This document shows positions 27,366-36,118 of a stretch of DNA of 64,000 nt, piece after piece; positions within the stretch are counted from its first letter, which is position 1; each line of letters starts with the position of its first letter. The notes beneath the pieces are model-generated. The model was given only the letters and a program-made list of their open reading frames with translations, did not search any database and was not told the DNA's origin. The stretch comes from Alphaproteobacteria bacterium. GTDB taxonomy: Bacteria > Pseudomonadota > Alphaproteobacteria > GCA-2731375. A program made the translations under genes and the position numbers. The DNA is taken from assembly GCA_040223615.1 (NCBI GenBank), contig JAVKFY010000056.1, positions 2,788-66,787 of the forward strand. Direction: 5' to 3'.

Positions 27366-28067
27366 CTAGCTCCTGGCCTGGCGCCATGTCTCGTACTCGG
27401 CCAGGGTCTGCTCATTCGGCGGGTAGGTGCCGAACAGCTCGGCGCCGTCGCGGATGCGCTCATGGATGAACTGCTCGAGCTGTTCCTGCTCCACCGCGTC
27501 CTTGGCGATCTCGGCCGCCAGCGCGGTCGGGATCACGGTGACGCCGTCGCCGTCGCCGACGACGATGTCGCCGGGGATCACCGCGACGCCGCCGCAGCCG
27601 ATCGGCACCTGCATGTCGGCGCCGTAGTGGAAATTGAGGCTGACCGGGGCGGCGCCGCCCATGCAGAAGACCGGCATCTCGACCTCGGCCACGGCGGCGG
27701 CGTCGCGCACCGGGCCGTCGCAGACCACCGCCGCGCAGCCGCGCTTGGCCAGCCGCAGCGCCAGGATGTCGCCGATCAGGCCGGCGCGCGGATCGCCGCG
27801 GCCGTCGATCACCAACGCGTGGCCCGGCTCGATCTCCTCGATCACCCGGCGCGGCGCGTAGGACGTGTCGGCCAGTATCTCGCGCCGGCTCAGGTCCTCG
27901 CGCGCGGGGATGAAGCGCAGCGTGCAGGCCGGCGCAGCAAAGCTGGACCGGCCGGGCACCAGCGGCTTCGGCCCGGTCATGTAGCAGGTACGGTAGCCGC
28001 GCTTCAGCAGCTGCATGGTCAGCGTCGCGGTGGAAACCCCGCGCAGCAGCTCCAGGACCTCGTCCAT
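27366..28067 (-). CDS. RraA-family protein, HMG/CHA-aldolase-like (class II aldolase / oxaloacetate decarboxylase type)
   Basis: 233 aa. 'STATLTMQLLKRG', 'LIGDILALRLAKRGCAAVVCDGPVRD' and 'GDIVVGDGDGVTVIP' form the RraA-like fold pattern. It is a paralogue of 57116..57829. Confidence 0.82.
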   Translation of the reverse strand: MDEVLELLRGVSTATLTMQLLKRGYRTCYMTGPKPLVPGRSSFAAPACTLRFIPAREDLSRREILADTSYAPRRVIEEIEPGHALVIDGRGDPRAGLIGDILALRLAKRGCAAVVCDGPVRDAAAVAEVEMPVFCMGGAAPVSLNFHYGADMQVPIGCGGVAVIPGDIVVGDGDGVTVIPTALAAEIAKDAVEQEQLEQFIHERIRDGAELFGTYPPNEQTLAEYETWRQARS

Positions 28068-28070
28068 CGT

Positions 28071-29252
28071 CTATCCCTTCAACAGGCCGCGTTCGGCCAG
28101 GTTGCGCATCAGCGCGCCGGTACCGAAGGTCCAACTCGCGATGCGGTCGGTACGGTTTACCCGGTTGACCAGCGCTCCCAGCTCCGGCGCGGCGATGGTG
28201 ACCACGTCGCCCAGGTGGTGGGTGAAGCCCTGGTCCGGCGCGTCGCGGTCCTCGGTCGGCGCGAACAGCGTGCCGGTGAACAGCATCAGGCCGTCGGGGT
28301 ACTGGTTGTGGGCGCCGATCGCCTGCGCCGCGAGGTCGGCCGGGTCGCGGCTGATCTGGCCGAGCGAGCTGGTGCCGTTCAGCACGAAGCCGTCGTCGCC
28401 ACCGTTGACGGTGAGCGTGATGGTCAGGTCGCGCACGTGATCGAGCCCGAAGGTCTCGTCGAACAGGCGCACGAAGGGGCCGATGGCGCAGGACGCGCGG
28501 TTGTCCTTGGCCTTGCCGAGCAGCAGGGCGCTGCGTCCCTCCACGTCGCGCAGGTTGACGTCGTTGCCGAGCGTGGCGCCGACGATGCGGCCGTCCGGCG
28601 CGATCACCAGCACCGCCTCCGGCTCCGGGTTGTTCCAGGCTGAGACCGGGTGAATGCCGATCTCCGCGCCCAGGCCGACGGCGGCCATCGGCTGCGCCTT
28701 GGTGAACACTTCCGCGTCCGGGCCGATGCCGACTTCGAGATACTGCGACCACAGGCCGCGCTCCTGCAGCACGCCCTTGACCCGCGCGGCCTCGTCGGAG
28801 CCGGGGACGATGTCGCGCAGGCTGGCGCCGATCTCGTCGCCGACGGCGCGGCGGATATCGGCGGCGGCCTGCGGATCGCCCTTGGCCTGCTCCTCGATCA
28901 CCCGCTCCAGCATCGAGCGCACGAAGGTCACGCCGCAGGCCTTCAGCGCCTGCAGGTCGCAGGGCGCCAGGAAGTAGGGCCGCGACGGGTCGCGCTTGTC
29001 GGCATGACTGTTGGCGACGGCGTCATCCAGCGTGGCCAGGCGGGCGTCGCGGCTGGCGCGCACGGCACCCAACGGGTCCGGCAGCGCCAACAGCATCGAC
29101 AGCGTCGGTGCCACGGCGCCGAGGTCGTAGACGCCATCGTCGCGCAGCCACACCGGACTCGGCCCGCCCGGAGTGCCCGGCATCCAGAGCCGGCCGATCA
29201 ACGTGCCGGCGGTCATGTCGCGCGGCATGATGGCGGCGCTGTCGAACTGCAT
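28071..29252 (-). CDS. fumarylacetoacetate hydrolase (FAH) family protein, long form
   Basis: 393 aa. The C-terminal FAH core is recognisable ('GATLGNDVNLRDVEGRSALLLGKAKDNRASCAIGPF', 'GTLFAP'). Only 3 bp separate it from the next gene. Confidence 0.8.
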   Translation of the reverse strand: MQFDSAAIMPRDMTAGTLIGRLWMPGTPGGPSPVWLRDDGVYDLGAVAPTLSMLLALPDPLGAVRASRDARLATLDDAVANSHADKRDPSRPYFLAPCDLQALKACGVTFVRSMLERVIEEQAKGDPQAAADIRRAVGDEIGASLRDIVPGSDEAARVKGVLQERGLWSQYLEVGIGPDAEVFTKAQPMAAVGLGAEIGIHPVSAWNNPEPEAVLVIAPDGRIVGATLGNDVNLRDVEGRSALLLGKAKDNRASCAIGPFVRLFDETFGLDHVRDLTITLTVNGGDDGFVLNGTSSLGQISRDPADLAAQAIGAHNQYPDGLMLFTGTLFAPTEDRDAPDQGFTHHLGDVVTIAAPELGALVNRVNRTDRIASWTFGTGALMRNLAERGLLKG

Positions 29253-29304
29253 GTGGCGAGCTCCCTTGATGTCCAGTGCCGTCAGTATGCCACCTGACGG
29301 CGGG

Positions 29305-30375
29305 CTACGGCTTGTACAGCTTCACGTCGGCCGGGTTGGTGACCGCCGGCTCGTCGTAGGGCAGGCCCAAGTAGGTCGCGAGCTGCTGGGCCCGGGTGTG
29401 AGCCAGGAACGGGCTGCGATAGTCGGCGAGCTCCAGTTCATCGTCGGCACCGCGCAGAAGAACCTTGAAGTGGTCGTTGGTCGACGACGAGACCCGGTTC
29501 TTGGTCACCGTGCTGGTGCGGACGCGCAGGTGGACCAGCGCCACGCGCTCGAACTCGTCCAGCGACCGGCTGCGGCGGTGCTTGATGCCGAGGCAGGAGA
29601 TCACCTTGTGCACCGCGCCCTCGCGCGGCGACAGCACGAAGCGGTTGCGGAAGGTGATGATGGCAATCGCGATGGCGGTCGCGGCAACCAGCGCGACGAT
29701 ACCGCCGAAACTGAGCGCATGGCCCTGAAACACGCCCTGGAATCCGACCACGAGAATGCAGAAGAAAATCCAGGTGCAGATCGTGACGCTGATCGCCAGG
29801 CCGCTGCCGCCGAGATTGTCGACGACCTCGTCGGTCAGCTTGCTCAAGGCCGGGCGCGGTGGCAGCCGATCCACGCTTACCGCGCGCAGCAGGCCGGATC
29901 CGCTTTCGGTGTCGTGGCTTTCCATCACCACCTCGTCGCCGACGCCGGCCCGCGCGGCCTGGTCGGCCCGGGCCAGCTCGTCGGCATCGGTGACCCTGCC
30001 GGCCGCGCCCCAGGCGAACCAGGCCAGCCCCAGGCTGACCAATGCGATGATGTAGGCGCGGTCGACGTCGACGACGCCGATAGCGTCGGGATCGTCGAGC
30101 CGGCGGTGCACCTCGACATAGGCGCCGACGTCGACGCCGGCCAGTTCCGGCACCTCGACCCGGCGCATCGCATCGCCGTCAGGGACCGCGACGATCGGGT
30201 TGCCGTTCTCGGCCAGCGCCACCACGTCGACACCGAGTTTTTCGTAGTTGGTGACCTCGTCATAGATGGTCGGGCCGGCCAGCACCGCGCCGATCAGCAC
30301 GAAGGCGACAGCGCCAAGGCGAGCCCACAGGCGCACCCTGCCGAAGATCGGCGGCAGTCCCTCGCCGCGTTGCAT
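29305..30375 (-). CDS. hypothetical four-TM membrane protein, no family recognised
   Basis: 356 aa from MQRGEG (alternative ATG at 30429). GC3-rich codon usage matches the neighbouring genes. Hydrophobic segments are 'LGAVAFVLIGAVLAG', 'IIALVSLGLAWFAWGAA', 'AISVTICTWIFFCILVVGF' and 'GGIVALVAATAIAIAIITF', followed by a 110-aa soluble tail. Confidence 0.6.
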   Translation of the reverse strand: MQRGEGLPPIFGRVRLWARLGAVAFVLIGAVLAGPTIYDEVTNYEKLGVDVVALAENGNPIVAVPDGDAMRRVEVPELAGVDVGAYVEVHRRLDDPDAIGVVDVDRAYIIALVSLGLAWFAWGAAGRVTDADELARADQAARAGVGDEVVMESHDTESGSGLLRAVSVDRLPPRPALSKLTDEVVDNLGGSGLAISVTICTWIFFCILVVGFQGVFQGHALSFGGIVALVAATAIAIAIITFRNRFVLSPREGAVHKVISCLGIKHRRSRSLDEFERVALVHLRVRTSTVTKNRVSSSTNDHFKVLLRGADDELELADYRSPFLAHTRAQQLATYLGLPYDEPAVTNPADVKLYKP

Positions 30376-30435
30376 CCGTCTCTCCCGCCAGCGCCGGCCG
30401 TGGCGGCCAGCATAGCAAGTTCGCACCATCGTCGC

Positions 30436-31497
30436 TCAGCAGGCCAGGGGCGCGCCAATGCCCGGGCTCAGATCGGCGACCAGCCACGCCGCCTCGGCCG
30501 GGCGCGGCGCCTCGCTGCCGGCGAGCGTCGCCCACAGCCACGGCAGGTCGCCCGGCGCCGACCGCGGCATCTGCATGCGCACCGCCGGCACCGGCCGCAG
30601 CAGGCCGTCGCGGTGCTCCGCCACCAGATAGCGGAACACGTAGTTCGGCGTCAGGCCCATACGCAGGTCGGCGACCAGCACCTGGCGGCCATCATCCTCG
30701 ACCTTCAAGAAGCCCTTGGCGAAGTCGCCCAGGACGGCGGCGGCCGCGTTGCCCTCCAGGCAGGCGACGTTGCCGCGCGGATGCTGGTAAACCGCGACCC
30801 GATCGCCGACGACCGTAAGGTAGAGATTCAGATAGCGCGGCCCGTCGATGGCGATGGCGCGCCACAGCAGGGTGTTGAACGGCGTCGGCGTGGCCAGCAG
30901 GCGCTCCGGCGCGACACCGGCCGCCGCCAGAGTAGCGGCCGCGCGCTGGGTGACCAGCCGCTGCGCCAGCGCCGACCAGCCAAGATAGGCTGTGGACAGC
31001 ACGAGCGCCGTAACCAGGGCAGCGCGAAAGCGGGCCGTCCAGCCCTTCAGGCACAGCGCCCAGACGAACACCACCAGCAGCGGCAACGTGTAGAGCGGGT
31101 CGATGATGAAGATCGAGCCGAGCCCGACCGGATCCGGCCACAACGGCCAGAAGATGCGGGTGCCGTAAACCGTCATCGCGTCGAGCAGCGCGTGCGTGGC
31201 CAGGCACAGGAACACCGCCGCCCAGGCGTGCCAGCGGGCCTCGCGCAGTTGCCTGAAGCCGAACCGGACCAGTTCGCCCAGCACCGGCGTGGCAGCGGCG
31301 TGCACGATCAGCGAGTGGGTCGCGGCGCGGTGCCAGACGAAGGCGTCGACCGGATTGTCGAACGGATAGAAGACGTCGAGGTCCGGCAGGGTGCCGAGCA
31401 CGCCGCCGACCAGCGCCGCCTTGCGCGGCCCGACATGCCGCCCCAGCACCGCCGCGCCAACCCCGGCCCCGAGGACCAGCTGCGTCAAGGAATCCAA
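30436..31497 (-). CDS. membrane-bound metal-dependent hydrolase, YdjM/DUF457 family, with long C-terminal extension
   Basis: 353 aa. The N-terminus 'MDSLTQLVLGAGVGAA...GTLPDLDVFY...HRAATHSL' is the YdjM signature. Confidence 0.8.
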   Translation of the reverse strand: MDSLTQLVLGAGVGAAVLGRHVGPRKAALVGGVLGTLPDLDVFYPFDNPVDAFVWHRAATHSLIVHAAATPVLGELVRFGFRQLREARWHAWAAVFLCLATHALLDAMTVYGTRIFWPLWPDPVGLGSIFIIDPLYTLPLLVVFVWALCLKGWTARFRAALVTALVLSTAYLGWSALAQRLVTQRAAATLAAAGVAPERLLATPTPFNTLLWRAIAIDGPRYLNLYLTVVGDRVAVYQHPRGNVACLEGNAAAAVLGDFAKGFLKVEDDGRQVLVADLRMGLTPNYVFRYLVAEHRDGLLRPVPAVRMQMPRSAPGDLPWLWATLAGSEAPRPAEAAWLVADLSPGIGAPLAC

Positions 31498-31664
31498 CGG
31501 CTAGGCCCGGCGAAGATCGGTGTCGAGTGCGTCACCATGTGTCGGAAAATTTTCCACTTCGAGTCCGGACGACATTGGTGATGTTCTGCAATCCATTGAA
31601 AATACGCCTTAAACGGTTCTGGCCCCAGGATTGCTTGGTATACTAACAGCTACGACTTTGTCGC

Positions 31665-32252
31665 GTGGGGAGAACTGTCTTGAGTTACTTGAAGACCGCG
31701 GCCGCGACCGCTGCCACCGTGTCCTTTTCCGGCGTCGGCGCCCTCGCGGCGCCGGTCACCATCGACTTCACCCTCGATCGCATCGAAGTCTCCGGCATCG
31801 AATCCACCGTCCTGCAAGCCGATGCCGGCAGCGGCTCGGTTACGCTGGACGACACGCCACTGGTGCCGATCTCCAACAACACCAGCACCTTCACCATCGA
31901 CGCCGCGAACGTCGACGCCTTTTCGGTGCAGGTCAACGATCCCGACTTCGGCGCGCTGACCTTCGAACTCGCCGATCTCGATTCGATTGAGATCAAGCTC
32001 GAATCAATCGAGAACGGCGGCGACCCGCTTGCGCTGGCTTTCGTGACCGACTCCGGCGGTATCGCGGATTTCGGCAACCCCGACGTAGATTTCGGCAAGG
32101 TCGACCTGATCGGCGTGCCGGTGGGGTCGATCGATCCGGTGGCCAACACGTACGCGGTTAACCTGGATGTGCCGGAGCCCTCGACCCTCGGTTTGCTCGC
32201 GTTGGGTGCGGCCGGCCTGCCGCTGCTGCGTCGCCGCCGCCGCAAGGCTTAG
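31665..32252 (+). CDS. PEP-CTERM sorting-domain protein
   Basis: 195 aa. Signal-like N-terminus. The C-terminus 'VPEPSTLGLLALGAAGLPLLRRRRRKA' is a PEP motif plus TM helix plus Arg cluster. The start codon is uncertain (GTG at 31665, or a nearby TTG). Confidence 0.85.
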   Translation: MGRTVLSYLKTAAATAATVSFSGVGALAAPVTIDFTLDRIEVSGIESTVLQADAGSGSVTLDDTPLVPISNNTSTFTIDAANVDAFSVQVNDPDFGALTFELADLDSIEIKLESIENGGDPLALAFVTDSGGIADFGNPDVDFGKVDLIGVPVGSIDPVANTYAVNLDVPEPSTLGLLALGAAGLPLLRRRRRKA

Positions 32253-32299
32253 CCAATCCAGCCCGAGCGACGGTCCGGATCGTTTGGTCAGGGCCGGGC

Positions 32300-33172
32300 T
32301 CAAGCGGCGGACGACAGCGTGCGACGGAAGATCGCCGTGGTCTCCAGTTCGCGGGCGCCGGCTCGGCGCGCGACGTTGACGGTGTCGCGCGTGGTGTCCT
32401 CGCAATAAAACCGGCTACGGCGGCAACCTTGTGCCATCGCCCGGCGCGTGACCTCGTCGAGCAGGACGACGTTGGCACCGCGCGCGCGAACCTGCGGCGC
32501 CACAACGATGGCGTCGATCATCGCGATGTCGTCGCGGCGGCTCGCCAACACCGCGCCAAGGATCGTGTCGTCGCGCATCATCACCACCGAGATGTCCGGC
32601 TCGAACGCCGCCGCGCCGGTACCCGACAGCCGCGCGCGGACAACACGCGGGCCACCGGCGAAGTCGGCGCTGACCAGCTCGATCAGGTCGTCGGCCGGCG
32701 CCTCGCGCAGCCCGACCAGCCGCGCGCCCGCCGGCAGGCCCCGTCCCCGGCTCTCGAAACGCGCCCGCACCGGCTGAATCATCGCCGGGAACTCGACATC
32801 GTCGGTCTCGAACCCGAGGAACCGGCGGTGCGCCTGAAAACCGGCGGAACGCAGGAAGGCGCCGGCCGGACCGGCCTCGGGCACCAGGGTCCAGCTGCGC
32901 AAGGCGTCCGTCTCCGGCGCGAGGATGTCGACGAGACGGTCCACGAGGGCGCGACCGACGCCGCGGCGACGGCGCGGCGGCACCACGTTCACCTGCACCG
33001 GAAAGCCGCCGGGCCCCCAGCCGACCGCCGCCGCGCCGGCTAGGTCGGCGCCGTCAAGCGCGAGCCACACCACCGGCGCGCGGTCCGGCGTGAAGGTCTC
33101 CGGCAACAGCAGGTGGGCGGCGCGCATCTCGGCCCGAGCGGCGCGGCGAATGATGAGATCGAGGGTCGGCAC
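32300..33172 (-). CDS. GNAT-family N-acetyltransferase, two tandem GNAT-like halves
   Basis: 290 aa if the GTG at 33172 is used (an in-frame ATG lies at 33127). 'VVPPRRRRGVGRALV' and 'VVAPQVRARGANVVL' are acetyl-CoA-binding Q/RxxGxG/A-like motifs. The rest of track ORF 32300..33580 overlaps the divergent gene. Confidence 0.7.
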   Translation of the reverse strand: MPTLDLIIRRAARAEMRAAHLLLPETFTPDRAPVVWLALDGADLAGAAAVGWGPGGFPVQVNVVPPRRRRGVGRALVDRLVDILAPETDALRSWTLVPEAGPAGAFLRSAGFQAHRRFLGFETDDVEFPAMIQPVRARFESRGRGLPAGARLVGLREAPADDLIELVSADFAGGPRVVRARLSGTGAAAFEPDISVVMMRDDTILGAVLASRRDDIAMIDAIVVAPQVRARGANVVLLDEVTRRAMAQGCRRSRFYCEDTTRDTVNVARRAGARELETTAIFRRTLSSAA

Positions 33173-33212
33173 GGCTGTTATGCTGCGGCAGTGGGAGAGC
33201 GGTGACAATGCC

Positions 33213-34997
33213 ATGCGCCGGTTGCTGATCGTCGGGCTGGACGGCGCGGACATCGCCGGCATGCAGGCGTGGGCCGATGCCGGCGAGATGCCGCAACTCG
33301 CCCGGATGCTCGAAAACGGCGTCAGCGGCGACCTGGCGCTGGTGCCGCCGTTCCAGCCCTTGCCGGTCTGGGCCGGGATCGCCACCGGTTGCCGGCCGCG
33401 TGCGCACGGCGTCGCCGGCACTCGGGAAGCCCGAGCGGACGGCGGCGGCGTACAGCCGACCGGCCGGGCAAGCTGGCGGCGGCCGGCCTTCTGGGAAGTG
33501 TTCGAGGCCGCCGGCGCCCCGACCGTGGTGGTGAACTGGCCGGCAACGCAACCGGCGACGGACTGGCCCGGCACCGTCATCGACCCGACCTATCCGGCCG
33601 TCACCGGTCCGAGCTTCGACGACTGGCCATTGCCGCCCGATTGCGTGTCGCCGACGACACATCGCGATGCCCTGCGCAACCTCAGACGGCACGGCAGCGA
33701 GCTCGGCGGCGGCGAGTTGCTGGACTTCATGCCCCACCTGGCAGAGCTCGACCAGGCCAGCGATCCGCGACCGCAGCAGCTGGCCAGCGCCGTGGCGGCG
33801 ACGGCCAACGTGCACGCGGTGGCGACGGCGCTGGCCGAGAGCCAGGACTGGCAGGTGCTGGCGGTGGTCCACGACCTGCCGCGCCAGCTTCTGGCCGGGG
33901 GCCTCGCCGAACCGACCGCGACACAGACGGCGCATCGGCTGTTCGACATGATGCTGGCGCGGCTGCTCGAGCTGGCCGGTCCGGCGTGCGACGTGGTGGT
34001 GCTGGCATGTCCGGCCGCTGGCACGCGCGGGCTGTTCGCGGCTCAGGGGGACGGTCTTGCGGCCGACCGCATGGTACACGGCCTGAGCCTGTTCGACGTG
34101 GCGCCCAGCCTGCTGGCGCTGCACGAGCTGGCTTTCGCGTCGCTTGGCGACGGCAGCGCCGTCGACGCCCTGTTCGACCCGCCGCCGGCACCGGCGCGAG
34201 CGGTGGCAACCACAGTTCCTGCCCCAAAGGCATGCGCGTTCGAGGCGGACCTGACGGCGATCGGCTATGCGGCGAAAGAGACGCCGGCGCAGGCCAAGGC
34301 GCTGGCCGAGGCCCGCGTCGAAACCCTGTGGCAGACCGCCGAGGCCGACCTCGCGCTGGGCGACGTCGATGCCGCGCGTGGCGCGCTGGAAGAGGCGTGG
34401 ACGCTGGCGCCGGACGATCCGCGCGTCCCCTTGCTGCTGGCCCGGGCCCGGGCGCTTCAAGGCGACTGGCAGGCAAACGCGGCGCTCGCCGACGCGCTGT
34501 CCGCCCGCTTCCCCGATGCGCCGTGGGGTCCGCTGGTGCAAGGCGCCGCCCTGGCCGCCGAGGGCCAGGCGGAGGCTGCCCGGTCGCACCTGGACAAGGC
34601 CGATACGCTGGGGCGCGAGGACGCGCTAGCACAATTCTTCCTGGCCAAGCTGGCGCTGTACCTGCGCCAGACAGGAACGGCGGAGCGCCATCTGCGCCAA
34701 GCGTTGGCGTTGCGAGCCGATCTGGTCGAGGCGCTCGTGGATCTAGCCACCGTGCTGATCGAAGGCGACCACCTGGACGAGGCGCAGCAACTCCTGCAAC
34801 GGGCGATCGCGGCGCGCTACTTCAATGCCGAGGCGCATCTGAGGCTCGGCCAGGTGCAGGCACGGCGCGGCTTTCTGGTCGAAGCGCAACGCTCGCTGCA
34901 GACCGCGCTGCGACAGAAGCCCGACCTGTCCGAAGCCGGCGCGTGGCTAGAAAGAACGTCGCTGGCGATCCGCGCCGAGGCCGGCCGCGAGCTTTAG
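33213..34997 (+). CDS. type I phosphodiesterase/nucleotide-pyrophosphatase-like (alkaline-phosphatase superfamily) domain fused to C-terminal TPR repeats
   Basis: 594 aa from MRRLLIVGLDG (residue 97 of the track ORF). 'LIVGLDGADI...MPQLARMLENG...TGCRPRAHGV' follows the NPP-family pattern. The C-terminal 250 aa are TPR-like ('AEAHLRLGQVQARRGFLVEAQRSLQTALRQKPD'). Confidence 0.65.
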   Translation: MRRLLIVGLDGADIAGMQAWADAGEMPQLARMLENGVSGDLALVPPFQPLPVWAGIATGCRPRAHGVAGTREARADGGGVQPTGRASWRRPAFWEVFEAAGAPTVVVNWPATQPATDWPGTVIDPTYPAVTGPSFDDWPLPPDCVSPTTHRDALRNLRRHGSELGGGELLDFMPHLAELDQASDPRPQQLASAVAATANVHAVATALAESQDWQVLAVVHDLPRQLLAGGLAEPTATQTAHRLFDMMLARLLELAGPACDVVVLACPAAGTRGLFAAQGDGLAADRMVHGLSLFDVAPSLLALHELAFASLGDGSAVDALFDPPPAPARAVATTVPAPKACAFEADLTAIGYAAKETPAQAKALAEARVETLWQTAEADLALGDVDAARGALEEAWTLAPDDPRVPLLLARARALQGDWQANAALADALSARFPDAPWGPLVQGAALAAEGQAEAARSHLDKADTLGREDALAQFFLAKLALYLRQTGTAERHLRQALALRADLVEALVDLATVLIEGDHLDEAQQLLQRAIAARYFNAEAHLRLGQVQARRGFLVEAQRSLQTALRQKPDLSEAGAWLERTSLAIRAEAGREL

Positions 34998-36079
34998 CCG
35001 AGCGCCGCGTTGACGCGTGGCATGACTTCCTCGGCCATTAGCGTCATCGAGCGCTGGGCTAGCGCCTTGTCCTTCCAGTCGTGGCCGGCGTAGAGCAGCG
35101 TGCCGAAGTCGCCGACCTGGTCGCGGAAGCCGAGGATCTGGTCGACCACCTGATCGACGGTGCCGCGCAGCACCAGCTGGTCGACGATGTCCGGCACGTT
35201 CAGGGCCTCGTCCGGCATGTCCGGGTCGGTCTTGAACTGCACCGCCCGGCCGCCGGCCTTCAGCTTGGTGAACAGCGAGTGGTAGTAGTGCACGTACGAC
35301 CCGTCCGGGTCGGTGACGTAGCGCTCGGCGGTCGCGGAATCGTCGGCAACGAAGATCGACTTGGCGATGCGCCAGTCGGCCGGGTCGGGCGCGCGGCCGA
35401 CATTGCCGCAGCCCTCGACGATCTTCTGCCAGTGCGAGGCGACCCACTTCGGCTGCAGGAAGTTGGCCGAGATCACCGACCAGCCCTGCTCCGCCGCCCG
35501 CGTCGCGCTGGACGAGAAGGGCGAGGCGGCGGTGACCACGATCGGCGGATGCGGCTGCTGATAGGGGCGCAGGATCTCGCCCTGGCCCAGCTCCGGCAGG
35601 TGGGTCTTCACCGTCGACAGCGTCCAGTGCTCGCCTTCGATATCGTAGGGCGGCTCGGCGGCCCACAGGTCGAGCACGTGCTGCACCGCCTCGGCCATCA
35701 TTGCGTTACGGTCACGCTTCAGGTTGCCAAACATCTCCGCGTCGGACATCAGGCCGCCCGGGCTGACGCCCATGATGAACCGGCCCTCGGCCATGTGGTC
35801 GACCATCGCCACCTCCGCGGCGACCATCGCCGGGTGGTGGTTCGGCATGTTGATGGTACCGGTGCCGAGCCTGATTGCCTTGGTCTCCTGCAACAGCCAG
35901 GCAATGAAGATCAGGCCGGAGGTGATGGTCTCGGCGCGGTCGGTGATGTGTTCGCCGAAAAAACCTTCCACGTAGCCCAGACGGTCCGCAAGCAGCACCA
36001 GCTCGCGGTCCTCCTTCAGGGTCTCGGTGTAGTTCCGACCGGGCGGATGGATCGGCATGGTGAAGAAGCCGAGTTTCAT
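34994..36079 (-). CDS. LLM-class (luciferase-like) flavin-dependent monooxygenase
   Basis: 361 aa. 'MKLGFFTMP...GYVEGFFGEHI...RLGTGTINMPNHHPAMVAAEVAMVDHMAEGRF' is the LLM pattern. Confidence 0.88.
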   Translation of the reverse strand: MKLGFFTMPIHPPGRNYTETLKEDRELVLLADRLGYVEGFFGEHITDRAETITSGLIFIAWLLQETKAIRLGTGTINMPNHHPAMVAAEVAMVDHMAEGRFIMGVSPGGLMSDAEMFGNLKRDRNAMMAEAVQHVLDLWAAEPPYDIEGEHWTLSTVKTHLPELGQGEILRPYQQPHPPIVVTAASPFSSSATRAAEQGWSVISANFLQPKWVASHWQKIVEGCGNVGRAPDPADWRIAKSIFVADDSATAERYVTDPDGSYVHYYHSLFTKLKAGGRAVQFKTDPDMPDEALNVPDIVDQLVLRGTVDQVVDQILGFRDQVGDFGTLLYAGHDWKDKALAQRSMTLMAEEVMPRVNAALG

Positions 36080-36118
36080 CGCGCTCTCCGATACTCGTCC
36101 AGGCGTCGAAGGATTGGC

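Noticed and set aside
29173-31581. 802-aa plus-strand ORF spanning three minus-strand genes
   Set aside because: It is an Arg/Gly/Asp-rich shadow frame. The minus-strand genes have clear membrane-protein hydrophobicity patterns and a YdjM signature.
31498-31664. LexA (SOS) box upstream of the ydjM-like gene
   Set aside because: I looked for the alphaproteobacterial GTTC-N7-GTTC / GAAC-N7-GAAC motif. Only two GTTC tetramers occur and they are about 29 nt apart, so SOS control is not supported by the sequence.
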